Shown: positions 24,523 through 35,311, numbered from the stretch's first letter. The stretch is DNA of 64,000 nucleotides from Curvularia clavata (GCA_023920165.1 CP089274.1:1674001-1738000), one strand, 5' to 3'. Notes: generated from the letters alone by a model not told the origin. Numbers and translations: made by a program.

Positions 24523-26477
24523 ATGACAAATGGCTTCCAACAGGAATATGAAGCTCTAATGCTGAGAGCTAATGACTACCATAAAAAGGCTTTGTGGCAA
24601 GAGAAGCTGCGAGTATTGCAAGATGCCTTGGCAATCTGCGACGAAGCAGACTTACCAGATGTTGAACAGCGAAGACAAAGCCTTTATTTTGACGTAGCAG
24701 GTATCTGGAGGCGCCTAGGGCAATACTCTCGGGCAGAGGAGACGCTTAAACCGCTTGCAGTGCTGCCTGGCGCAACTTCGGCCTTCAAGGCCTCTGTTCT
24801 TGGTATGTATTAGTTCACAAGAGTAGAGCGTTTTCACGGCATGTAAGCTAAGAAAGTACAGGCGAGCTAGGTGTAATGGCAAGACACAATAGCCGATTTG
24901 CTGATGCAAAGGATCTTTTTCGTGAACAAGGCCGCCTAGCTTCCGAAGATCTTCCAAGCATCGATGCAGACGCAGAGATTTGTCGTGCCGTTGGAAATGA
25001 AGGCATGTCATTATATAATTTGTGGCAGCAAACCAAACCGCAAGATGACGATTTGCTTGATGAGGCGATCGAAAAAGTCCAAGACCGCATCAACCGAGCT
25101 CGGGATCTTCAGCAACGTCTTCGGATTGAGGCTCCCCAGTCGAAGTACACCGCAATGGCGCAAACTTGGGAGACGATAGGCCTGGATCGACTATCACTGT
25201 GTCTTATTGCTGCCGGCCAGACAAATGAGGCTCTGCGTGTTGCTGAAGAGTCGCAACGTGTGCAAGCTCGTGAAGACCCTACAGTTGCAGCTTTTTCTAG
25301 ATTCTTTTATGGGAATGCGCTTTGGCATAACAACAAACGGGAAGCAGCTCTACAACAGTGGAACTCTCCCCCTGGAGTGTGTAGTTCACCCATAGCGCTC
25401 TGCAAAGAGCCAGGTGCAGATCATAACGCTTATCTCACACTTATGGCGGGCGCTGATGTGAACTTTGACTCGTATGACGAGCAGGGCTTCAGTGCTTTGG
25501 ACCACGCGGTATTGAGTGGCAGCCCTGACGCATGGATGGCCATAAGTATAGTTGAAAATGCCCTCCGTCAATATCTTCGACGAAATATCAGCGAGGCGTA
25601 TCCGAACTATTCTCAAGAAGCGATTGAGAAGGCTGTTGATGAAGAGGTCTTGGTTCGAAGGCGGCAAGCAGAATTGCGCCGGCAGTACCGATCTCTACTA
25701 CAGGAGCACATACGACCTAAGCTCCGCAAAAGATCAGATAACACCTTTCAAAAGTTGCGAGAGATATACTCTAAGAAGCTGTCTCAGGACAACGAAGCAC
25801 GACGCATGTTCAGTAATTTCCATTACGTGAAGTACATAGACTTCAAAGCGCATGGGAAACTTCCAATCTCTACTGCTGGTTTGACGAAACAGCTCAATGA
25901 TAAGGTCACAGAGCCAAATTCGACAGCACAAGACAACTTCATCATCTTTCTCTCATATCGTTGGATTGGCGATAACGTACCAGACGATGAGAACGGCACA
26001 CAATGGCGGCGAATGATAAGTGCTGCTGATGATTTTCTGTCCGAAAATCCCAACGTTGGGGCAGAAAATCTTGGGCTATGGTTGGTGAGTAGATAGGTAA
26101 TTAATCAGGTCTTCTGAGACTGACCCGTTGCGACACAGGATTATGCATGTGTTAATCAGGAGAACGCACAAGAGAAAGAACGCGGCATTGATGCGTTGCC
26201 ACTTGCGGTGACGCAATGTAACGCGATGATAAGTCTGGTAGACAACACCTACTACGAGCGAGCCTGGTGCGCTGTAGAGGTCATGCTCATGCGCGCCCTC
26301 TGCAAATCGTATAACCTTCATCAGTGGTGGGAACACGCCGATGGTAGACTAAGGAAAGGGGATCTTGAGCGAACTTTCGATGCTGCCAACTTGAAGTTAA
26401 CGAAGGAGAGTCTTGACAGACCAAAGATTGACTTTCTGATTAGACAAAGTAAATTGCTCGGGAGGGACCAGGCATGA
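24523..26477 (+). CDS. TPR-like / ankyrin / C-terminal TIR(HET)-like domain protein
   Basis: Exons 24523-24802, 24862-26084 and 26139-26477 splice in frame. Helical TPR-like repeats, ankyrin-like GADVNFDSYDEQGFSALDHAV, then FIIFLSYRW...LWLDYACVNQ...YYERAWCAVE. Confidence 0.85.
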
Positions 26478-26691
26478 GATTTCAGCTTTGCATTATGCTT
26501 CGATTCGTAAAGCTGTCTTCGCTAGAGAACATATGCCCACCTGCATCTTAGCATCCTACATGTCTTAAACACTATCATAGCCTTGATTACATACCCTGTG
26601 ATGCATTTCCGCTACAGACTACATAAAGGAATCATTTCACAATAGTCTGTTTGAGATCCTCCTTTCAACTGCACAACAACATATCGTACAT

Positions 26692-27951
26692 CTAAGCTGT
26701 AATTCCGAGTTCCCGCAGCTTTTGGATGTAGCTTTGGTGCTCCTGTGAGGGCTCTTGAAGAAATGCTTGCTCTGGCGTAGAGCCCCCTATAGGCCTCAGA
26801 CAGTGCATTGCATCGTCTCTGCGACCACTTTGCAGCAGGCCTAAGCCGCGGAACAAATTGTAGTATGCCAGAATCGTGGGATGCTCGTCTTTGCCTTTGG
26901 AAGCTGTTTCGTGTTTTTGTTCCCATTTCCGCGCTGCGTCTACTATCTGTGCGAGCACTACAGCAGTGAGATCAGCGGGGTCACGAGGCTGCACCCATTC
27001 ATCACCATCCTTAGGACCAAGCACAGCTGCGTTGTCATCATAACCCCGCTGCGAGTCGAACACAAAGATGGTTGCGTGTAACTTATTGCCAGCCACGAGC
27101 GAACGATGATAAGCGCCTCCTGGAACCGAATAAGTCATGTCGCGCGAGTGCGATAATTGGTTCAGCGGTTTGACTCTGAGGAATCTGCCCGTGTTTCTGA
27201 TTGTTGAGGTAAGCTGGAAAGTCTGATACCCAGATGCTCCTGCACTCTGGTGACCAGATTCGCTCATGTAGCAACATTCATACGCCGCATGTGTGGTCAG
27301 AGACAGATCTTCCGGTTCATCAACCTCGAAGGTGCAGTCCGTACCGCTACCCAGTAGTGTCCAGCTCTGACCAAAAGGCTGATGGGCATGAATGCAAACT
27401 TCTTCGGATATGCCACGCTGACCGTCAGGCAACCATGTATGCAGTCGCCACAGCTCATCGATACATCCATTTTCCAGTAGACTACACAGAGGCACAGCCA
27501 GAAACCCTTGTGCACTACGCGATACAGTGAATTTAAGTACAGTGGCCGAGGCACTGACGATCGCGTCGTGAATCAAACTCCAGATCTCATTGATCCTCGT
27601 CGTGTCGACTGGGAGTTCCCGCCGGGATCTTTCTCGTAACAATGCCACGGCCAAGGTGACCTGAGTAAGCTGTCTGACTCCTTCAGCAAAGATTTGAGGT
27701 TTCCCTGCTATCACCAGACACCATTGACTGAAGCTGAGGGACTGGTTTTCGGGGTCCACTGCCGTCCTGCGGCAGCTTTCGTGCATATTTTCATCGATCT
27801 GGTTGGTCTTGAAACCTCGAATCAAGTCATTCAGCATCTGGACTTGTTTATCAGGAGCTTTAGTAGCAACAGCTACCCCTTCAAGCACGCGCAGGAGCGA
27901 TGCCTTTGGTATTGCTGTCTCGTCCTCGAGACGGCTGATTTTGGAGAGCAT
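26692..27951 (-). CDS. Cupin-fold (HxH...H) protein, intronless, ~419 aa from the first ATG
   Basis: Long ORF with LWRLHTW...IHAHQP (motif 1) and YSVPGGAYHRS (motif 2, PxGxxH). The ORF-track start at 27990 is TTG. Confidence 0.75.
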   Translation of the reverse strand: MLSKISRLEDETAIPKASLLRVLEGVAVATKAPDKQVQMLNDLIRGFKTNQIDENMHESCRRTAVDPENQSLSFSQWCLVIAGKPQIFAEGVRQLTQVTLAVALLRERSRRELPVDTTRINEIWSLIHDAIVSASATVLKFTVSRSAQGFLAVPLCSLLENGCIDELWRLHTWLPDGQRGISEEVCIHAHQPFGQSWTLLGSGTDCTFEVDEPEDLSLTTHAAYECCYMSESGHQSAGASGYQTFQLTSTIRNTGRFLRVKPLNQLSHSRDMTYSVPGGAYHRSLVAGNKLHATIFVFDSQRGYDDNAAVLGPKDGDEWVQPRDPADLTAVVLAQIVDAARKWEQKHETASKGKDEHPTILAYYNLFRGLGLLQSGRRDDAMHCLRPIGGSTPEQAFLQEPSQEHQSYIQKLRELGITA

Positions 27952-28296
27952 CGGAAGTCTACTCTTCTTGACTAGGGCAATATTCCCCAAGATAGATCTA
28001 AGTAGCGGAAAAGATTGGATCGATAAAGATGTCTTATGCTGTGATGTTCTTCGTAGATGTTAAGGAAACATGAACGAAATATGGGTGCTTTTAGGTACGC
28101 AAATCGGCCGCTACCCCGCAGACAGCCATACCCGAGTCAGCAAAATGTCTAACATGCCTCACGGTTCGCGAGCTACGCTAGTAAGTTATTACTTTTACTA
28201 GAACCTCTATTCTGCTCTCTATATTAGTCTAAACTTAGCTGGTTTAATCTAGAAGAGAAAATATAAAATACTTATAACTAATATATCTATTGAGTT

Positions 28297-28462
28297 TAGG
28301 GTGGTATTTGGGTCAGGGGCACCGACCGTGGGTTAGGGCTGGGGTTAGGGCTAGCCCAGTCCTAACCCTAGTTTTGGCAGCCACACCTATACTAAGGTCT
28401 AGGCTAGAGCTAGGCTAGCTCTACTAAAAGTTAGGTTAGAGTAGGACTACTCTACCTCTAGG
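28297..28462 (+). mobile_element. Left end of a RIPped hAT-family element (continues at 42796-42920 after the LTR insertion)
   Basis: Terminus TAGGGTGGTATTTGGGTCAGGGG and subterminal sequence match the MITE copies at 42921 and 55636-56054. Confidence 0.75.
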
Positions 28463-28969
28463 TGTTACACGGGGTCCTACTGGTTAGTTGGGAATATACT
28501 TACCTAGCCTAGATTCCGGGTTAGGGCGAGGCCAGTTTCTATGAAGTATACCGTGAGGTAGTTGTCTGGCGATTCGGTGGTAGGGATTAACGGAAGATAG
28601 ACAAAACCAATCCTATTGGAAGATAGAATAACTAGTATCAATCTGAGTATGAAAGGTAACTATGAAAGATACTTTGCTGAGTTGACCACAACGAGTGTAA
28701 TAATGAAATCCAACACATTCTTATACCCATTGCTTCCGGTCCTGTCCTCACTGTCCTCACGGAATAACCCCTGTGTTCTCTGAAGTCCCTGAAGTCACTT
28801 TGGTCACGTGTGAGCGTGTCCTCACATACTAGCGTGGTTTCCCGGTCTTGGCCTGAGGCCAGTCATGTGATCGCCCTTCCGCGGGGATCATTACCTTCTG
28901 ACGTGTCGCCCAATGGTCTCCTACCTGCGGCCATCGTCAAGGAGAGATCCTTCTTTGTTACTTGTAACA
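28463..28969 (-). repeat. Family A LTR (3' LTR of left unit)
   Basis: TGTTAC...GTAACA; appears identical to 35373-35879 and 42284-42790. Confidence 0.97.
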
Positions 28970-31900
28970 TTATCCCCCCTCTTAGGGTTATCGTCCCGAT
29001 ACCCTGGATTATCGTTTTCCCGTGCGTCGCTTGGCGCTGGTGGCTTGGATAAGTATCGAGGTATGCCCGTTGTGTCGTAGGCGCTTCTTCCTCCATGCCT
29101 TCCTAACCATGCCCAAGGTTCAACCAACTCGTCGTGTCCGTAACCAGAATTCGACTCTTCAGCGTCGGGCCCGCGCTGACCGTATAAGGGAACAAGGCCG
29201 CGAGATGACTTTTCGGTGTAAACGTTGTGAAGAGAAGAATCTTCGTTGTTTCGTGGACACAGCATCTGGTCGCTGCGCTGGTTGTATTTCGGTTTCCGCT
29301 GAGTGTAGCCTTTTTGTTTCTGAGGAAGAGTGGGAGAAGGTCGAGGCTGAGAAGCGGCAAAAGCGTCTCGAGATTGCTCGTGCTGAGGAGCGCCAGCTTC
29401 AGGCTGCGATGGAGACTGCGCGACTTCGGCGCGAGCTCCTAGAGGTTGAGGCGCGAGAGCGAGAATTTGCTGATCGAGATCATGCCATCTTGAGCCTTCA
29501 GGATCGTGCGCAAGAGCAGGCCGAGGGGAGCTCCGCCCCTGGTACGGACCATCCGACAACCGAACCATCGCTACCCGGACTGTCGACTGACTTGGGCTGG
29601 TTACAGGCTGACGTTTCTTACGACCCTTTTTCACTTGATTATTTCCTTTCCCTCGAGGGTCCGTCCCTCGCTTCCGTGGATGTTTCCGATGGTACTCGCG
29701 TACCAGTGACCTGCAGTTCGTCAAGTTTCCTTCAGGTTCCCAAGTGTTGTGGCTATCTGGCCATCCTTCCCACCTGACCAAGTACTTCCACTGACCGCCT
29801 ATTTTCTGTAGGTCCTTGATTTCTTCGACCGTATATTCGTCGTCCTCGAGCTCGATATCGTCCATTAGCTCGGCTTCTGGGGGTGCAGGTTCTAGCAGTT
29901 TCTTGTGAAAAACGTTGTGTATGCGCATGCCTGGTGGTAGCCGTAGTTTATAGTTTACGGGTCCCATTTTCTCTAGGATTTCGAATGGTCCTAATCGGAG
30001 ATTGTCCAATTTCTTGCTTGGTCGTTTAGTTTTCAAGTTTTGTCGTGACAAGAAAACTCTGTCCCCCTTTTAAAGGTTGGTCCCTCAATCCTTAGCTTAT
30101 TCGCAGCTTTGGACGTCGTGAGGTTCCTATGAGCGATGTTCCTGCTCAATTCTTTATGCAATTCGCGCATTAGTCGGGCTTTATCGTCTGCTCCGACTGC
30201 GATACTTTCAATATCCTTTGGATCTCGATGAGCAACCGGCTCATATCCGTAGTTCGCGTAGTGTGGCGAGTACTTCGTTGTCGCCGATCTTGAACTATTG
30301 TAAGCCAATTGTGCTGTCGGCAAGAGTTCAACCCAGTTGTCCTGCAGCTTGTTGGCGTAAAATCGCAGATACTGTTCTAGCGTTTGGTTTGTTCGTTCCG
30401 TTTGTCCGTCGGTTTCTGGGTGGAAGCTAGTCGATAGCTTCTTCTTAACTCCCAGTTTTGCTAAGAACGTTGACCAGTATTTCGATGTGAACAGCTTATC
30501 TCTGTCCGTTATGAATTCTTCGGGCATCCCGTGCTCTGATATTAGTGCTTTGGAAACTTCGTACGCGCATTCCTCTGCCGTAATTGTTTCTTCTGTGGGC
30601 ACAAACTTTGCCCCTTTGGTCTGTCGACACATTATGACCAAAATGGTGTCGCAGAGTCGAGCCGATCCTGGCTCTAACGATTTCGGGAGCTTCACTATGA
30701 AGTCCATCGTTACGCTGCTCCATGGTCGCGTTGGTGGCGGTAAGGGTTGTAACAGGCCATAGGGCTTATGTCTTTTGGGCTTGTTCTGGTGACATGCCAC
30801 ACAGTTGCCTACAACTTCCTGCACCTGCGCCCTCAAGCGCGGCATATAAAACGCCTTATTCAGTCGCCTGACCATTTCGTCGATGCTTGCATGTCCGTAT
30901 TCTCGTGACTCATGCAGTTCTTTGATGAGATCTTTTCTCATGTGCGTGGGTACGTAGGGTCGACTCTCGTTCCGCGGCTCACCTTTGTTCTGTAGCCCGT
31001 TGAGTTCCTTTTGTCCGTCCAATGGTACCCATTCATTCGCTTTTTGTTGCCATTGCTGTTGCAACGTTTCCACTTGCTCGGCTATCTTGGCTAATCTAGC
31101 CAGATCCGGCTGGTTGTACCTCAAGCTGCCGTCGGGCATTCTCTTGAGTACTGCGTCGTGTGGCTCTTTGTGGCCTTTTCCGCGTAAATCGGATCTTCGG
31201 CTCAGAGCATCCGCGGCTCCGTTGAGCGATCCTGCTCGATGCGTGATTTTGAAGTCAAACTGAGCTAACATCTCAGCATATCGGACTTGTCTTCGGTTGA
31301 GTTTCTTCGTTGTCATAAAACTCGTGAGGTTCTGATGATCGGTAAAAACCTCGATCGTGTGTGGAAGTCCTAACAGGTATACTTCCCATTGTTCAAAGGC
31401 ATCGACTACTCCAAGTAGTTCCTTATCGTGAACATCGTAGTTCAACTCTGCTTCGTCGAACTTTCTGGAATGGTAGAACACGGGTCTCCATTTCCCATCT
31501 GGGCACTGCTGTGACAATACAGCTCCGAGTGCGTAATCAGACGCGTCAGTCTCGAGTCTGGTTGGTCGTTGAGGATCGTACATCTCTAGTACGGGTGCCT
31601 CTAGGAACGTCTGCTTGAGCTTGTCGAAAGCTTTCTGTTGTTCCTGTTTCCATCTGAAACCTACTTCCTTCTTCGTGATCTCCGTAAGGGGTGCTGTGAT
31701 CTTCGAATAATCTTTTATGAACTTCCGGTAGTAGTTCGCTAGCCCTAGGAAGGACTGAACATCCTTAACTGTTTTGGGCGTTTTCCAATCCCGTACAGCC
31801 TGTACCTTTTTTGGGTTCATTTTCACTCCTTCGGTCGAGATGATGAATCCGAGGAATTCCGTTTCCTGCGTGTGGAATTCGCATTTCCCTGGCTGCAGAT

Positions 31901-33230
31901 ATAGCTTGTATTCCTTGAGCTTTCTGAGCACTTTCTTGACATGTTCGATGTGTTCTTCGAGCGTTCCCTTGGAGTACACTAGTACATCGTCCAAGTAAGC
32001 TGTTGCGAAGACACCAAGGTATTCGTGGAGAGCGTTGTTGATGACTGATTGAAAGGTCGCCGGCGCATTCGTTAGGCCGAACGGCATGACCGTATACTCG
32101 AACAGTCCATACTTCGTCTTGAACGCTGTTTTCCATTCGTCTCCTTCCTTGATCCTGATCCGATAAAATCCTTCTCGGACATCGAACTTCGTGAACCACT
32201 TGGCTCCCTGGAGTCGATCCATGAGCTCTGTTATGAGTGGTAGTGGGTACCGATTCTTTCGGGTTACCGCGTTCAACCTTCGGTAATCGACACATAGTCG
32301 CCATTTTCCGTTAGGTTTCTTTACGAACAATATGGGTGAGGCCATCGGGCCTGACCCCGGTCTGATGAATCCTTTCTTAAGATTCTTCCGGAGGTATTCC
32401 TTGAGCTCGGCGTCGTGCTCGGGCGATATAGGATACATGCCTCCTGGCGTCAACTTTGCTCCATCCTCGAGGATGATCTCGTGATCCCAATCCTGATGTT
32501 CTGCTAAGTCTGTTGCCTCGTTTTCTTCGAATAGTTCCTTGAACTCATTCGTTCTGTATTCTTTAGGAATGTCCAACAATACGTCTTTGGGCTTTTCCTG
32601 GGGTAAGGGTCTGTCCTTCTTGGGCACGACTCGTCTTAACCAAATGACTCCTACTTGCTGAGGGTCCTTCGCATAGATTCTCGCGATCTTATGCGGTGAG
32701 ATCTTGCCGAATCTCCCATCCCGGGTTGTGCACTGATTCGTCGGGCGTATCTCATGTCGTACTCCAGCAACCCTTTTCGCAGGTTCTCGGCTGAGTATCG
32801 TTCTGTTTCGCCAGTCGATGGCGGGGTTATGGGCATCCAGCCAGTCATAACCGATCAATAGATCCGTTTCTCCTAGATCCATAATGCTAATGCTCATTTG
32901 ACTCTTGGTATCGGACACCTCCAGTGTCACCAGTTCTGTCTCGAGCCTTATCGTGCCTTTGCCGTATGCTACGGGCGTTTCTTCGGCCGATATTACCTGT
33001 AGCGGACGCTTCTTGCTCCGGTATGGTATTTCGTACTTCTCTACCACTCGGGGTGAGATCATTGTTCGTGCGGCACCGCTGTCTACGATTGCCTGTAATT
33101 TGTGTCCCTGTACATACACGGTCGTTACCAATTCCTTTGGGCGATCATCGGTGTAATGTACTCGTCTTAGGGTCGTTTTAGGACTGCCTTTACCAGCGTG
33201 ACCCTGTCCCTGGTGGCATCCTAGTTTTTT
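28921..33230 (-). pseudogene. Family A pol, left copy, broken by a 1-nt deletion at the T run 30068-30071
   Basis: T4 here versus T5 at 36978-36982 splits the ORF into 30033-33431 and 28921-30051. May be a sequencing error. Confidence 0.75.
29109..29777 (+). CDS. Antisense accessory ORF of family A: Zn(II)2Cys6-like cluster + coiled coil, 222 aa
   Basis: ATG in AACCATG context; CKRC-x6-C-x8-CAGC-x6-C followed by an E/R-rich heptad helix. Confidence 0.7.
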   Translation: MPKVQPTRRVRNQNSTLQRRARADRIREQGREMTFRCKRCEEKNLRCFVDTASGRCAGCISVSAECSLFVSEEEWEKVEAEKRQKRLEIARAEERQLQAAMETARLRRELLEVEAREREFADRDHAILSLQDRAQEQAEGSSAPGTDHPTTEPSLPGLSTDLGWLQADVSYDPFSLDYFLSLEGPSLASVDVSDGTRVPVTCSSSSFLQVPKCCGYLAILPT

Positions 33231-35311
33231 GACGGTCCCCTGGACCCAAGCTTCTTTCCCTTTCTTTTCCGCGGAAAGTAGCCATGGTTCTGTTTTGCGT
33301 CCAGGTGGATTCTGCAGTTGTCGTCTGTGCAGAAGGTCCAGTGTTCGTTTGGGTGGGGGATCATTTCTTCCAGCGTCTCTGGCAGGTTGATCTCCTTTGT
33401 CCCGTGCATCCTGCACTTGATCGTCCGGCATTCCTTAGCCGCGATCGTGCCGTGCAGATGGTGATCTGCATGTCTTGCCGCGATTCTCTGTTCTCGGTGG
33501 AATCGGCATTTCTCTATGCAGTTGATCCAGCAGAGCTGCTCGTGAGCTCGTTGATGTTCTTCCTTGTGGATGTGGCAATCCAGCATGGGGCAGTCGTTTG
33601 CCCATAGATGCTTGTGATTAGGATCATGCTCGTCCAACTTGCATTGTTCTTTAGCATCTGAGTGGAACATACAAAACCTCCTTTTGCATTCGTTCCAGGC
33701 GATCATTTCGTGATCGTCGTGTTGCTTCCATGGTGCGTGGATGGTGCAATCCAATACCTTGCATGCTTCACTTCTTAAGTGTGCGTGGCAACATTCTTCT
33801 GCGTCGTACTGGGACAGTCTCGATTCTTCGGCATGGAACTCGCAGTAGTCTATACTGTCGCATTCGATCCAGTGCAGCTTTCTATGTTCGTCTTCGCGGT
33901 CGTTTTCTGGTTCCGGTAGCTCGTCCTTAAAGTACGGTTGTTCCTGGGCTGCCTGGGCAAGTACTTCCCTGGCCATCGGCCCTGTGACTGCAATTCTTCT
34001 TCCTCGAAGTGGGCAGCCATTGCCGTGGTGTGCTGGGTCTCCGCACATCCAGCATAAGTTTTGTGCGATCCGACGCTGGGCATCTGTGTCCTTCACGATC
34101 CAGTCGGATGGCTGTGGTGGTTCCCATTTCATGTGTTTGTCCGCTCTGACGAGCTCCGGGACAATCACATAATCCGTGTTCTCAGCTAGACGTGCTTCGT
34201 CGTAGAGGTCTAGATCGCTGAGGTCGTCGTCGGAGGGTAGTGTAGATGGCTGTGACTTCAGCATCCTGATCTTTACTACTGCCTGCTTGACTTCGTTCTT
34301 CGGGCAGTCTCTGCGGAAGTGTCCTACTTCGCCGCATCGGAGACATGCTTTGTTGTCATAACGCTTCTGGCGTTCTTCCTTGGAAAGGCCGTCCTGGCCC
34401 TTTCCTCGGGGTTTCTTGTCTCTGGTCTTTTCTTGTACTTTTCCCGTCATGATTGTATCGCCGTCCTTGTCTCGGTTGTTGCGTTGTTTCTTGGTGTTAG
34501 CCATGTTGGGTCGAAATTGCCGTTTCTTTTGTTCGTTTCGTTCCCAGATCCTATTGTCGATTCGCGTGGCCAGCTCAATCAGAGCTTGTAACGTTTCTGG
34601 CTTATCATGGTGTACTAGACCGTCTTTGACAATTTCCTTCAGACCGTCTTCGAATACCGTTCGAAGAGCTGCGTCGTCCCAATCAATTCGCGCTTGTAGC
34701 TGCTTAAACTCAGCTGTGTAAGCCGAAACGGACGTGGTCTGCTTCAGGCGTGTGATCGCTTTCTCTGCTTGGTTCTTGGCGTCGACCTCTCCGAAGACAC
34801 GTCCCATTTCATCCTTGAAGTTGTTCCAACTTGCGAATAGGGCCTTGGTTTCTTCCTTGGTCCCTTTGGTCTTTATTGACGATAGGTAGTCCTCCACATA
34901 TGGTTGGACCCAGTTAGCCGCTTTTCCTTTCATATGCGTACTGGCCATGAGGATCTTTTCCTGATCACTAGGTACCTCGTTGAATTCGCAGTATAGGTCG
35001 ATGGTGGTGAGGAACGTTCGTAGGTCGTTACGGTTTCCGTCATACTTTTCGGGAGTTGCCATCTTAGGTTTCTTGACAACCTTTTCGTTTGGCGTAGCCA
35101 TCAGCTGACTCATAAGCTGATTAACCATATTCTGCATTTCGATCATCTGCTGTGCCTGAGCCTGGTGCTCGCGTCTGAGATTGGCAAGTTCCCACTCAGG
35201 AGTCCCTGGGGCATGCTCGTTGCCCACTCCCTGGGTGCTTCCGGCCATGTTGATGTCCTGTGCGGGAGCCGGTCCCTGGACGTTGACATACTCGTTGGAG
35301 TTGCGTGACAT
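33221..35311 (-). CDS. gag: Family A Gag (left copy), 696 aa
   Basis: PEKYDG, LKQTTSVSAYTAEF, two CCHC knuckles and seven extra His/Cys repeats. Confidence 0.95.
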   Translation of the reverse strand: MSRNSNEYVNVQGPAPAQDINMAGSTQGVGNEHAPGTPEWELANLRREHQAQAQQMIEMQNMVNQLMSQLMATPNEKVVKKPKMATPEKYDGNRNDLRTFLTTIDLYCEFNEVPSDQEKILMASTHMKGKAANWVQPYVEDYLSSIKTKGTKEETKALFASWNNFKDEMGRVFGEVDAKNQAEKAITRLKQTTSVSAYTAEFKQLQARIDWDDAALRTVFEDGLKEIVKDGLVHHDKPETLQALIELATRIDNRIWERNEQKKRQFRPNMANTKKQRNNRDKDGDTIMTGKVQEKTRDKKPRGKGQDGLSKEERQKRYDNKACLRCGEVGHFRRDCPKNEVKQAVVKIRMLKSQPSTLPSDDDLSDLDLYDEARLAENTDYVIVPELVRADKHMKWEPPQPSDWIVKDTDAQRRIAQNLCWMCGDPAHHGNGCPLRGRRIAVTGPMAREVLAQAAQEQPYFKDELPEPENDREDEHRKLHWIECDSIDYCEFHAEESRLSQYDAEECCHAHLRSEACKVLDCTIHAPWKQHDDHEMIAWNECKRRFCMFHSDAKEQCKLDEHDPNHKHLWANDCPMLDCHIHKEEHQRAHEQLCWINCIEKCRFHREQRIAARHADHHLHGTIAAKECRTIKCRMHGTKEINLPETLEEMIPHPNEHWTFCTDDNCRIHLDAKQNHGYFPRKRKGKKLGSRGPSKN

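Noticed and set aside
28297..28460. TTAGGG motifs as a telomere or chromosome-fusion scar
   Set aside because: Not a tandem array; part of hAT subterminal repeats, probably RIP-derived.
33231..33431. ORF-track Met start of family A pol (MPDDQ...), also 40142-40342, and MPHSS for family B
   Set aside because: These overlap gag upstream of clear slippery heptamers; -1 frameshifting is the better explanation.
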